NCBI GenBank assembly: GCA_964016885.1
Contig: OZ024742.1
Coordinates: forward strand, 251,348,001 to 251,412,000
Source of the DNA: Eledone cirrhosa
Lineage: Eukaryota
Reading direction: 5' to 3'
DNA: 64,000 nt
Shown here: positions 12,301 through 26,500 of the stretch, one piece after another
How the letters are laid out: each line of letters opens with the position of its first letter
How positions within the stretch are numbered: the stretch's first letter is position 1
Program-made: the position numbers and the translations under genes
Notes under the pieces: generated by a model
What the model was told of the DNA's origin: nothing
Seen by the model: the letters and a program-made list of their open reading frames with translations, nothing else
Database searches by the model: none

Positions 12301-15300
12301 CACTATGTCGCCACACCACACTATGTCACCACACCACACTATGTCAACACACCACACTATGTCGCCACCCCACACTATGTCACCACACCACACTATGTCA
12401 ACACACCACACTGTCACCACACCACACTATGTCACCACACCATACTATGTCACCACACCACACTGTCACCACACTATGTCACCACATCACACTATGTCAC
12501 CACACCATACTATGTCACCACACCACACTATGTCACCACACCACACTATGTCACCACACTGTGTCACCACACCACACTATGTCACCACACCACACTATGT
12601 CACCACACCACACTGTCACCACACCACACTATGTCACCATACCACACTATGTCACCACACCACACTGTCACCACACCACACTATGTCACCACATCACACT
12701 ATGTCACCACACGACACTGTCACCACACCACACTATGTCACCACACCACACTATGTCACCACACCATACTATGTCAACACACCACACTATGTCAACACGC
12801 CACACTATGTCACCACACCACACTATGTCAGCACACCACACTATGTCACCACACCACACTGTCACCACACCACACTATGTCACCACACCACACTATGTCA
12901 CCACACCACACTGTCACCACACCACACTATGTCAACACACCACACTATGTCAACACACCACACTATGTCAACACACCACACTGTCACCACACCACACTAT
13001 GTCACCACACCACACTGTCACCACACCACACTATGTCACCACACCACACTATGTCACCACATCACACTATGTCAGCACACCACACTATGTCACCACACCA
13101 CACTATGTCACCACACCATACTATGTCAACACACCACACTATGTCAACACACCACACTATGTCACCACATCACACTATGTCACCACATCACACTATGTCA
13201 CCACACCACACTATGTCGCCACACCACACTATGTCACCACACCACACTGTGTCACCACACCACACTATGTCAGCACACCACACTATGTCAACACACCACA
13301 CTATGTCACCACATCACACTATGTCACCACACCACACTATGTCACCACACCACACTATGTCACCACACCACACTGTCACCACATCACACTATGTCAACAC
13401 ACCACACTATGTCACCACACTATGTCACCACATCACACTATGTCACCACATCACACTATGTCACCACACCACACTATGTCAACACACCACACTATGTCAA
13501 CACACCACACTATGTCGCCACACCACACTATGTCACCACACCACACTGTCACCACACCACACTATGTCACCACATCACACTATGTCAACACACCACACTA
13601 TGTCACCACACCATACTATGTCACCACACCACACTGTCACCACACTATGTCACCACATCACACTATGTCACCACACCACACTATGTCAACACACCACACT
13701 ATGTCACCACACCACACTATGTCGCCACACCACACTATGTCACCACACCACACTATGTCAACACACCACACTATGTCGCCACACCACACTATGTCACCAC
13801 ACCACACTATGTCAACACACCATACTATGTCACCACACCACACTATGTCGCCACACCACACTATGTCACCACACCACACTATGTCAACACACCACACTAT
13901 GTCGCCACACCACACTATGTCACCACACCACACTATGTCACCACACCACACTATGTCACCACACCACACTATGTCAACACCCCACACTATGTCACCACAC
14001 CACACTATGTCAACACACCACACTATGTCACCACACCACACTATGTCAACACCCCACACTATGTCACCACACCACACTATGTCAACACACCACACTATGT
14101 CACCACACCACACTATGTCACCACACCACACTGTCACCACATCACACTATGTCAACACACCACACTGTCACCACACCACACTATGTCACCACACCACACT
14201 GTCACCACACCACACTATGTCACCACACCACACTATGTCAACACCCCACACTATGTCACCACACCACACTATGTCACCACACCACACTATGTCACCACAT
14301 CACACTATGTCACCACACCACACTATGTCAACACCCCACACTATGTCACCACACCACACTATGTCACCACACCACACTATGTCGCCACACCACACTATGT
14401 CAACACACCACACTATGTCGCCACACCACACTATGTCACCACACCACACTATGTCACCACACCACACTATGTCAACACCCCACACTATGTCACCACACCA
14501 CACTATGTCACCACACCACACTATGTCACCACACCACACTATGTCGCCACACCACACTGTCACCACACCACACTATGTCACCACACCACACTGTCACCAC
14601 ACCACACTATGTCACCATACCACACTATGTCGCCACACCACACCACACTATGTCAACACCCCACACTATGCCACCACACCACACTGTGTCACCACCCCAC
14701 ACTATGTCACCACACCACACTATGTCAACACACCACACTATGTCACCACACCACACTGTGTTACCACACCACACTATGTCAACACACCACACTATGTCAC
14801 CACACCACACTATGTCACCACCCCACACTATGTCAACACGCCACACTATGTCACCACCCCACACTATGTCAACACACCACACTGTCACCACATCACACTA
14901 TGTCAACACACCACACTATGTCACCACACCACACTATGTCAACACCCCACACTATGTCACCACACCACACTGTGTCACCACATCACACTATGTCACCACA
15001 CCACACTATGTCAACACACCACACTATGTCACCACACCACACTGTGTTACCACACCACACTATGTCAACACACCACACTATGTCACCACACCACACTATG
15101 TCACCACCCCACACTATGTCAACACGCCACACTATGTCACCACCCCACACTATGTCAACACACCACACTGTCACCACATCACACTATGTCAACACACCAC
15201 ACTATGTCACCACACCACACTGTGTTACCACACCACACCACACTATGTCAACACACCACACTATGTCAACACACCACACTATGTCACCACACCACACTAT

Positions 15301-17235
15301 GTCACCACACCACACTATGTCACCACATCACACTATGTCACCACACCACACTATGTCAACACACCACACTATGTCACCACACCACACTATGTCACCACAC
15401 CACACTGTCACCACACTATGTCACCACATCACACTGTGTTACCACACCACACTATGTCAACACACCACACTATGTCACCACACCATACTATGTTATCACA
15501 CCACACTATGTCACCACACCACACTGTCACCACACCACACTATGTCAACACACCACACTGTCACCACACCACACTATGTCACCACATCACACTATGTCAC
15601 CACACGACACTGTCACCACACCACACTATGTCGCCACACCACACTATGTCACCACACCACACTATGTCACCACGCCACACTATGTCAACACGCCACACTG
15701 TCACCACACCACACTATGTCACCATACCACACTATGTCACCACACCATACTATGTCACCACATCACACTATGTCACCACATCACACTATGTCACCACACC
15801 ACACTATGTCACCACATCACACTATGTCACCACACCACACTGTCACCACACCACACTATGTCAACACACCACACTATGTCACCACACCACACTATGTCAC
15901 CACACCACACTATGTCACCACACCACACTGTCACCACGCCACACTATGTCACCACACCACACTATGTCACCACACCACACTATGTCACCACACTATGTCA
16001 CCACACCACACTATGTCACCACACCACACTGTCACCACACCACACTATGTCACCATACCACACTATGTCACCACATCACACTATGTCACCACACCACACT
16101 ATGTCGCCACACCACACTATGTCACCACACCACACTATGTCACCACACCACACTATGTCGCCACACCGCACTATGTCACCACACCACACTATGTCACCAC
16201 ACCACACTATGTCGCCACACCACACTATGTCACCACACCACACTATGTCACCACACCACACTATGTCACCACACCACACTATGTCACCACCCCACACTAT
16301 GTCACCACACCACACTGTCACCACATCACACTATGTCACCACACCAGACTATGTCACCACACCACACTATGTCGCCACACCACACTATGTCACCACACCA
16401 CACTATGTCACCACACCACACTATGTCGCCACACCACACTATGTCACCACACCACACTGTCACCACACCACACTATGTCACCACACCACACTATGTCGCC
16501 ACACCACACTATGTCACCACACCACACTATGTCACCACACCACACTATGTCACCACACCACACTATGTCACCACACCACACTGTCACCACACCACACTAT
16601 GTCAACACACCACACTATGTCGCCACACCACACTATGTCACCACACCACACTGTCACCACACCACACTATGTCACCACACCACACTATGTCACCACACCA
16701 CACTATGTCACCACACCACACTATGTCACCACACCACACTGTCACCACACCACACTATGTCAACACACCACACTATGTCGCCACACCACACTATGTCACC
16801 ACACCACACTGTCACCACACCACACTATGTCACCACACCACACTATGTCAACACACCACACTGTCACCACACCACACTATGTCACCACACCACACTATGT
16901 CACCACACCACACTATGTCACCACACCACACTATGTCGCCACACCACACTATGTCACCACACCACACTGTCACCACACCACACTATGTCACCACACCACA
17001 CTGTCACCACACCACACTATGTCACCACACCACACTGTCACCACACCACACTATGTCAACACACCACACTATGTCGCCACACCACACTATGTCACCACAC
17101 CACACTGTCACCACACCACACTATGTCACCACACCACACTATGTCACCACACCACACTATGTCACCACACCACACTATGTCACCACACCACACTATGTCA
17201 CCACACCACACTATGTCAACACACCACATTATGTT
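9307..17235. repeat. 18-bp minisatellite, consensus CACACTATGTCACCACAC, with 16- and 13-bp variants (~7.9 kb)
   Basis: Direct reading; explains three overlapping >2600-aa ORFs of 6-aa periodicity. Confidence 0.97.
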
Positions 17236-17317
17236 GACATAACAATCAATAGTAATCTAACCCCATAATTTCACAGATATGTACACCCAGTATGCTAAAG
17301 TGGTAGCATAATATTAT

Positions 17318-17470
17318 AATTGTTTCTACTTTAGGCACAAGGCCAGCAATTACCCAGTACATTACTGGTACTTTATTTTATCGACCCCGTAAGGATGAAA
17401 GGCAAAGTTAACCTCGGCGGGATTTGAACTCAGATCATAAAGGAACGTAATTCTTTGCATAAAGCATACT
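17318..17470 (-). mobile_element. SINE, family 2 (GGGGTCGATAAAATAAAGTACCAG core), separating the two tandem arrays
   Basis: Near-identical to 43640-43800, 58440-58625, 60595-60760, 61880-62066. Confidence 0.85.
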
Positions 17471-17596
17471 ATTATAATATGTACCATGTACACTCTGTAA
17501 AATAGTTGTGACAATACCACAACAAAATTCCCCCAGTATACATTGTAATATTGTAGTGCACACTCTGTAAAGCAGCAGTGTTGGGATACAACAGAA

Positions 17597-20500
17597 TGTA
17601 CCCTCTACACTCTGTAAAGTGTTAGTTCTGGTGCCAGAATCATATGTATCTGATGCCATGGTAAGATGCCCCCTCTACACTCTGTAAAGTGTTAGTTCTG
17701 GTGCCAGAATCATATGTATCTGATGCCATGGTAAGATGCCCCTCTACACTCTGTAAAGTGTTAGTTCTGGTGCCAGAATCATATGTATCTGATGCCATGG
17801 TAAGATGCCCTCTCTACACTCTGTAAAGTGTTAGTTCTGGTGCCAGAATCATATGTATCTGATGTCATGGTAAGATGTACCTCTACACTCTGTAAAGAGT
17901 TAGTTCTGGTGCCAGAATCATATGTATCTGATGCCATGGTAAGATGCCCTCTCTACACTCTGTAAAGTGTTAGTTCTGGTGCCAGAATCATATGTATCTG
18001 ATGCCATGGTAAGATGCCCTCTCTACACTCTGTAAAGTGTTAGTTCTGGTGCCAGAATCATATGTATCTGATGTCATGGTAAGATGCCCCCCTCTACACT
18101 CTGTAAAGTGTTAGTTCTGGTGCCAGAATCATATGTATCTGATGCCATGGTAAGATGTACCTCTACACTCTGTAAAGAGTTAGTTCTGGTGCCAGAATCA
18201 TATGTATCTGATGCCATGGTAAGATGCCCCCCTCTACACTCTGTAAAGTGTTAGTTCTGGTGCCAGAATCATATGTATCTGATGCCATGGTAAGATGCCC
18301 CCTCTACACTCTGTAAAGAGTTAGTTCTGGTGCCAGAATCATATGTATCTGATGCCATGGTAAGATGCCCCCTCTACACTCTGTAAAGTGTTAGTTCTGG
18401 TGCCAGAATCATATGTATCTGATGCCATGGTAAGATGCCCTCTCTACACTCTGTAAAGTGTTAGTTCTGGTGCCAGAATCATATGTATCTGATGTCATGG
18501 TAAGATGTACCCTCTACACTCTGTAAAGTGTTAGTTCTGGTGCCAGAATCATATGTATCTGATGCCATGGTAAGATGCCCCCTCTACACTCTGTAAAGTG
18601 TTAGTTCTGGTGCCAGAATCATATGTATCTGATGCCATGGTAAGATGCCCCCCTCTACACTCTGTAAAGAGTTAGTTCTGGTGCCAGAATCATATGTATC
18701 TGATGTCATGGTAAGATGTACCCTCTACACTCTGTAAAGTGTTAGTTCTGGTGCCAGAATCATATGTATCTGATGCCATGGTAAGATGCCCCCTCTACAC
18801 TCTGTAAAGTGTTAGTTCTGGTGCCAGAATCATATGTATCTGATGCCATGGTAAGATGCCCCCTCTACACTCTGTAAAGTGTTAGTTCTGGTGCCAGAAT
18901 CATATGTATCTGATGCCATGGTAAGATGCCCTCTCTACACTCTGTAAAGTGTTAGTTCTGGTGCCAGAATCATATGTATCTGATGCCATGGTAAGATGCC
19001 CCCCTCTACACTCTGTAAAGAGTTAGTTCTGGTGCCAGAATCATATGTATCTGATGCCATGGTAAGATGCCCCCCTCTACACTCTGTAAAGAGTTAGTTC
19101 TGGTGCCAGAATCATATGTATCTGATGCCATGGTAAGATGCCCCCCTCTACACTCTGTAAAGTGTTAGTTCTGGTGCCAGAATCATATGTATCTGATGCC
19201 ATGGTAAGATGCCCTCTCTACATTCTGTAAAGAGTTAGTTCTGGTGCCAGAATCATATGTATCTGATGCCATGGTAAGATGCCCCCTCTACACTCTGTAA
19301 AGAGTTAGTTCTGGTGCCAGAATCATATGTATCTGATGCCATGGTAAGATGCCCCCCTCTACACTCTGTAAAGAGTTAGTTCTGGTGCCAGAATCATATG
19401 TATCTGATGCCATGATAAGATGCCCCCTCTACACTCTGTAAAGTGTTAGTTCTGGTGCCAGAATCATATGTATCTGATGCCATGGTAAGATGCCCCCCTC
19501 TACACTCTGTAAAGAGTTAGTTCTGGTGCCAGAATCATATGTATCTGATGCCATGATAAGATGCCCCCTCTACACTCTGTAAAGTGTTAGTTCTGGTGCC
19601 AGAATCATATGTATCTGATGCCATGGTAAGATGCCCCCCTCTACACTCTGTAAAGTGTTAGTTCTGGTGCCAGAATCATATGTATCTGATGTCATGGTAA
19701 GATGTACCTCTACACTCTGTAAAGTGTTAGTTCTGGTGCCAGAATCATATGTATCTGATGCCATGATAAGATGCCCCCTCTACACTCTGTAAAGTGTTAG
19801 TTCTGGTGCCAGAATCATATGTATCTGATGCCATGGTAAGATGCCCCCCTCTACACTCTGTAAAGAGTTAGTTCTGGTGCCAGAATCATATGTATCTGAT
19901 GCCATGATAAGATGCCCCCTCTACACTCTGTAAAGTGTTAGTTCTGGTGCCAGAATCATATGTATCTGATGCCATGGTAAGATGCCCCCCTCTACACTCT
20001 GTAAAGTGTTAGTTCTGGTGCCAGAATCATATGTATCTGATGTCATGGTAAGATGTACCTCTACACTCTGTAAAGTGTTAGTTCTGGTGCCAGAATCATA
20101 TGTATCTGATGCCATGATAAGATGCCCCCTCTACACTCTGTAAAGTGTTAGTTCTGGTGCCAGAATCATATGTATCTGATGCCATGGTAAGATGCCCCCC
20201 TCTACACTCTGTAAAGAGTTAGTTCTGGTGCCAGAATCATATGTATCTGATGCCATGATAAGATGCCCCCTCTACACTCTGTAAAGTGTTAGTTCTGGTG
20301 CCAGAATCATATGTATCTGATGCCATGGTAAGATGCCCCCCTCTACACTCTGTAAAGTGTTAGTTCTGGTGCCAGAATCATATGTATCTGATGTCATGGT
20401 AAGATGTACCTCTACACTCTGTAAAGTGTTAGTTCTGGTGCCAGAATCATATGTATCTGATGTCATGGTAAGATGTACCTCTACACTCTGTAAAGAGTTA

Positions 20501-23500
20501 GTTCTGGTGCCAGAATCATATGTATCTGATGCCATGGTAAGATGCCCCCTCTACACTCTGTAAAGAGTTAGTTCTGGTGCCAGAATCATATGTATCTGAT
20601 GCCATGGTAAGATGCCCCCCTCTACACTCTGTAAAGAGTTAGTTCTGGTGCCAGAATCATATGTATCTGATGCCATGGTAAGATGCCCCCTCTACATTCT
20701 GTAAAGTGTTAGTTCTGGTGCCAGAATCATATGTATCTGATGCCATGGTAAGATGCCCCCTCTACATTCTGTAAAGTGTTAGTTCTGGTGCCAGAATCAT
20801 ATGTATCTGATGCCATGGTAAGATGCCCCCCTCTACACTCTGTAAAGTGTTAGTTCTGGTGCCAGAATCATATGTATCTGATGCCATGGTAAGATGCCCC
20901 CTCTACACTCTGTAAAGTGTTAGTTCTGGTGCCAGAATCATATGTATCTGATGCCATGGTAAGATGCCCCCTCTACATTCTGTAAAGTGTTAGTTCTGGT
21001 GCCAGAATCATATGTATCTGATGCCATGGTAAGATGCCCCCTCTACACTCTGTAAAGAGTTAGTTCTGGTGCCAGAATCATATGTATCTGATGTCATGGT
21101 AAGATGCCCCCCTCTACACTCTGTAAAGAGTTAGTTCTGGTGCCAGAATCATATGTATCTGATGCCATGGTAAGATGCCCCCTCTACACTCTGTAAAGAG
21201 TTAGTTCTGGTGCCAGAATCATATGTATCTGATGTCATGGTAAGATGCCCCCCTCTACACTCTGTAAAGAGTTAGTTCTGGTGCCAGAATCATATGTATC
21301 TGATGCCATGGTAAGATGCCCCCTCTACACTCTGTAAAGTGTTAGTTCTGGTGCCAGAATCATATGTATCTGATGTCATGGTAAGATGCCCCCCTCTACA
21401 CTCTGTAAAGAGTTAGTTCTGGTGCCAGAATCATATGTATCTGATGCCATGGTAAGATGCCCCCTCTACACTCTGTAAAGAGTTAGTTCTGGTGCCAGAA
21501 TCATATGTATCTGATGCCATGGTAAGATGCCCCCTCTACACTCTGTAAAGTGTTAGTTCTGGTGCCAGAATCATATGTATCTGATGTCATGGTAAGATGC
21601 CCCCCTCTACACTCTGTAAAGAGTTAGTTCTGGTGCCAGAATCATATGTATCTGATGCCATGGTAAGATGTACCCTCTACACTCTGTAAAGTGTTAGTTC
21701 TGGTGCCAGAATCATATGTATCTGATGCCATGGTAAGATGCCCCCCTCTACACTCTGTAAAGAGTTAGTTCTGGTGCCAGAATCATATGTATCTGATGCC
21801 ATGGTAAGATGCCCCCCTCTACACTCTGTAAAGTGTTAGTTCTGGTGCCAGAATCATATGTATCTGATGTCATGGTAAGATGCCCCCCTCTACACTCTGT
21901 AAAGAGTTAGTTCTGGTGCCAGAATCATATGTATCTGATGCCATGGTAAGATGTACCCTCTACACTCTGTAAAGTGTTAGTTCTGGTGCCAGAATCATAT
22001 GTATCTGATGCCATGGTAAGATGCCCCCCTCTACACTCTGTAAAGAGTTAGTTCTGGTGCCAGAATCATATGTATCTGATGCCATGGTAAGATGCCCCCT
22101 CTACACTCTGTAAAGTGTTAGTTCTGGTGCCAGAATCATATGTATCTGATGTCATGGTAAGATGCCCCCCTCTACACTCTGTAAAGAGTTAGTTCTGGTG
22201 CCAGAATCATATGTATCTGATGCCATGGTAAGATGTACCCTCTACACTCTGTAAAGTGTTAGTTCTGGTGCCAGAATCATATGTATCTGATGTCATGGTA
22301 AGATGCCCCCTCTACACTCTGTAAAGAGTTAGTTCTGGTGCCAGAATCATATGTATCTGATGCCATGGTAAGATGCCCCCCTCTACACTCTGTAAAGAGT
22401 TAGTTCTGGTGCCAGAATCATATGTATCTGATGCCATGGTAAGATGTACCCTCTACACTCTGTAAAGTGTTAGTTCTGGTGCCAGAATCATATGTATCTG
22501 ATGCCATGGTAAGATGCCCCCTCTACACTCTGTAAAGTGTTAGTTCTGGTGCCAGAATCATATGTATCTGATGCCATGGTAAGATGCCCCCCCTACACTC
22601 TGTAAAGTGTTAGTTCTGGTGCCAGAATCATATGTATCTGATGCCATGGTAAGATGCCCCCCTCTACACTCTGTAAAGTGTTAGTTCTGGTGCCAGAATC
22701 ATATGTATCTGATGCCATGGTAAGATGCCCCCCTCTACACTCTGTAAAGAGTTAGTTCTGGTGCCAGAATCATATGTATCTGATGCCATGGTAAGATGTA
22801 CCCTCTACACTCTGTAAAGTGTTAGTTCTGGTGCCAGAATCATATGTATCTGATGCCATGGTAAGATGCCCCCTCTACACTCTGTAAAGTGTTAGTTCTG
22901 GTGCCAGAATCATATGTATCTGATGCCATGGTAAGATGCCCCCCCTACACTCTGTAAAGTGTTAGTTCTGGTGCCAGAATCATATGTATCTGATGCCATG
23001 GTAAGATGCCCCCCCTACACTCTGTAAAGTGTTAGTTCTGGTGCCAGAATCATATGTATCTGATGCCATGGTAAGATGCCCCCTCTACACTCTGTAAAGT
23101 GTTAGTTCTGGTGCCAGAATCATATGTATCTGATGTCATGGTAAGATGCCCCCTCTACACTCTGTAAAGAGTTAGTTCTGGTGCCAGAATCATATGTATC
23201 TGATGCCATGGTAAGATGCCCCCTCTACACTCTGTAAAGAGTTAGTTCTGGTGCCAGAATCATATGTATCTGATGCCATGGTAAGATGTACCTCTACACT
23301 CTGTAAAGAGTTAGTTCTGGTGCCAGAATCATATGTATCTGATGCCATGGTAAGATGCCCCCTCTACACTCTGTAAAGTGTTAGTTCTGGTGCCAGAATC
23401 ATATGTATCTGATGCCATGGTAAGATGTACCCTCTACACTCTGTAAAGAGTTAGTTCTGGTGCCAGAATCATATGTATCTGATGCCATGGTAAGATGCCC

Positions 23501-26500
23501 CCTCTACACTCTGTAAAGAGTTAGTTCTGGTGCCAGAATCATATGTATCTGATGCCATGGTAAGATGTACCTCTACACTCTGTAAAGTGTTAGTTCTGGT
23601 GCCAGAATCATATGTATCTGATGCCATGGTAAGATGCCCCCCCTACACTCTGTAAAGTGTTAGTTCTGGTGCCAGAATCATATGTATCTGATGCCATGGT
23701 AAGATGCCCCCCTCTACACTCTGTAAAGTGTTAGTTCTGGTGCCAGAATCATATGTATCTGATGCCATGGTAAGATGCCCCCTCTACACTCTGTAAAGTG
23801 TTAGTTCTGGTGCCAGAATCATATGTATCTGATGCCATGGTAAGATGTACCCTCTACACTCTGTAAAGAGTTAGTTCTGGTGCCAGAATCATATGTATCT
23901 GATGCCATGGTAAGATGCCCCCTCTACACTCTGTAAAGAGTTAGTTCTGGTGCCAGAATCATATGTATCTGATGCCATGGTAAGATGTACCTCTACACTC
24001 TGTAAAGTGTTAGTTCTGGTGCCAGAATCATATGTATCTGATGCCATGGTAAGATGCCCCCCCTACACTCTGTAAAGTGTTAGTTCTGGTGCCAGAATCA
24101 TATGTATCTGATGCCATGGTAAGATGCCCCCCTCTACACTCTGTAAAGTGTTAGTTCTGGTGCCAGAATCATATGTATCTGATGCCATGGTAAGATGCCC
24201 CCTCTACACTCTGTAAAGTGTTAGTTCTGGTGCCAGAATCATATGTATCTGATGCCATGGTAAGATGTACCCTCTACACTCTGTAAAGAGTTAGTTCTGG
24301 TGCCAGAATCATATGTATCTGATGCCATGGTAAGATGCCCCCTCTACACTCTGTAAAGAGTTAGTTCTGGTGCCAGAATCATATGTATCTGATGCCATGG
24401 TAAGATGTACCTCTACACTCTGTAAAGTGTTAGTTCTGGTGCCAGAATCATATGTATCTGATGCCATGGTAAGATGCCCCCCCTACACTCTGTAAAGTGT
24501 TAGTTCTGGTGCCAGAATCATATGTATCTGATGCCATGGTAAGATGCCCCCCTCTACACTCTGTAAAGTGTTAGTTCTGGTGCCAGAATCATATGTATCT
24601 GATGCCATGGTAAGATGCCCCCTCTACACTCTGTAAAGAGTTAGTTCTGGTGCCAGAATCATATGTATCTGATGCCATGGTAAGATGCCCCCTCTACACT
24701 CTGTAAAGAGTTAGTTCTGGTGCCAGAATCATATGTATCTGATGCCATGGTAAGATGCCCCCTCTACACTCTGTAAAGTGTTAGTTCTGGTGCCAGAATC
24801 ATATGTATCTGATGCCATGGTAAGATGCCCCCTCTACACTCTGTAAAGAGTTAGTTCTGGTGCCAGAATCATATGTATCTGATGCCATGGTAAGATGCCC
24901 CCTCTACACTCTGTAAAGAGTTAGTTCTGGTGCCAGAATCATATGTATCTGATGCCATGGTAAGATGCCCCCTCTACACTCTGTAAAGAGTTAGTTCTGG
25001 TGCCAGAATCATATGTATCTGATGTCATGGTAAGATGTACCTCTACACTCTGTAAAGAGTTAGTTCTGGTGCCAGAATCATATGTATCTGATGCCATGGT
25101 AAGATGCCCCCTCTACACTCTGTAAAGAGTTAGTTCTGGTGCCAGAATCATATGTATCTGATGCCATGGTAAGATGCCCCCCCTACACTCTGTAAAGTGT
25201 TAGTTCTGGTGCCAGAATCATATGTATCTGATGCCATGGTAAGATGCCCCCCTCTACACTCTGTAAAGTGTTAGTTCTGGTGCCAGAATCATATGTATCT
25301 GATGCCATGGTAAGATGCCCCCCCTACACTCTGTAAAGTGTTAGTTCTGGTGCCAGAATCATATGTATCTGATGCCATGGTAAGATGCCCCCCTCTACAC
25401 TCTGTAAAGTGTTAGTTCTGGTGCCAGAATCATATGTATCTGATGCCATGGTAAGATGCCCCCTCTACACTCTGTAAAGTGTTAGTTCTGGTGCCAGAAT
25501 CATATGTATCTGATGCCATGGTAAGATGCCCCCTCTACACTCTGTAAAGTGTTAGTTCTGGTGCCAGAATCATATGTATCTGATGCCATGGTAAGATGCC
25601 CCCTCTACACTCTGTAAAGAGTTAGTTCTGGTGCCAGAATCATATGTATCTGATGCCATGGTAAGATGCCCCCTCTACACTCTGTAAAGTGTTAGTTCTG
25701 GTGCCAGAATCATATGTATCTGATGCCATGGTAAGATGCCCCCTCTACACTCTGTAAAGTGTTAGTTCTGGTGCCAGAATCATATGTATCTGATGCCATG
25801 GTAAGATGCCCCCTCTACACTCTGTAAAGAGTTAGTTCTGGTGCCAGAATCATATGTATCTGATGCCATGGTAAGATGCCCCCTCTACACTCTGTAAAGT
25901 GTTAGTTCTGGTGCCAGAATCATATGTATCTGATGCCATGGTAAGATGCCCCCTCTACACTCTGTAAAGTGTTAGTTCTGGTGCCAGAATCATATGTATC
26001 TGATGCCATGGTAAGATGCCCCCTCTACACTCTGTAAAGAGTTAGTTCTGGTGCCAGAATCATATGTATCTGATGCCATGGTAAGATGTACCCTCTACAC
26101 TCTGTAAAGTGTTAGTTCTGGTGCCAGAATCATATGTATCTGATGCCATGGTAAGATGCCCCCTCTACACTCTGTAAAGTGTTAGTTCTGGTGCCAGAAT
26201 CATATGTATCTGATGCCATGGTAAGATGTACCCTCTACACTCTGTAAAGTGTTAGTTCTGGTGCCAGAATCATATGTATCTGATGCCATGGTAAGATGCC
26301 CCCTCTACACTCTGTAAAGAGTTAGTTCTGGTGCCAGAATCATATGTATCTGATGCCATGGTAAGATGCCCCCTCTACACTCTGTAAAGTGTTAGTTCTG
26401 GTGCCAGAATCATATGTATCTGATGCCATGGTAAGATGCCCCCTCTACACTCTGTAAAGAGTTAGTTCTGGTGCCAGAATCATATGTATCTGATGCCATG

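Noticed and set aside
9062-17242. Giant His/Thr-rich ORFs (2650-2790 aa) as independent genes
   Set aside because: All three frames are open because of repeat composition, unit indels are not multiples of 3, and the region lies within a NEK8 intron
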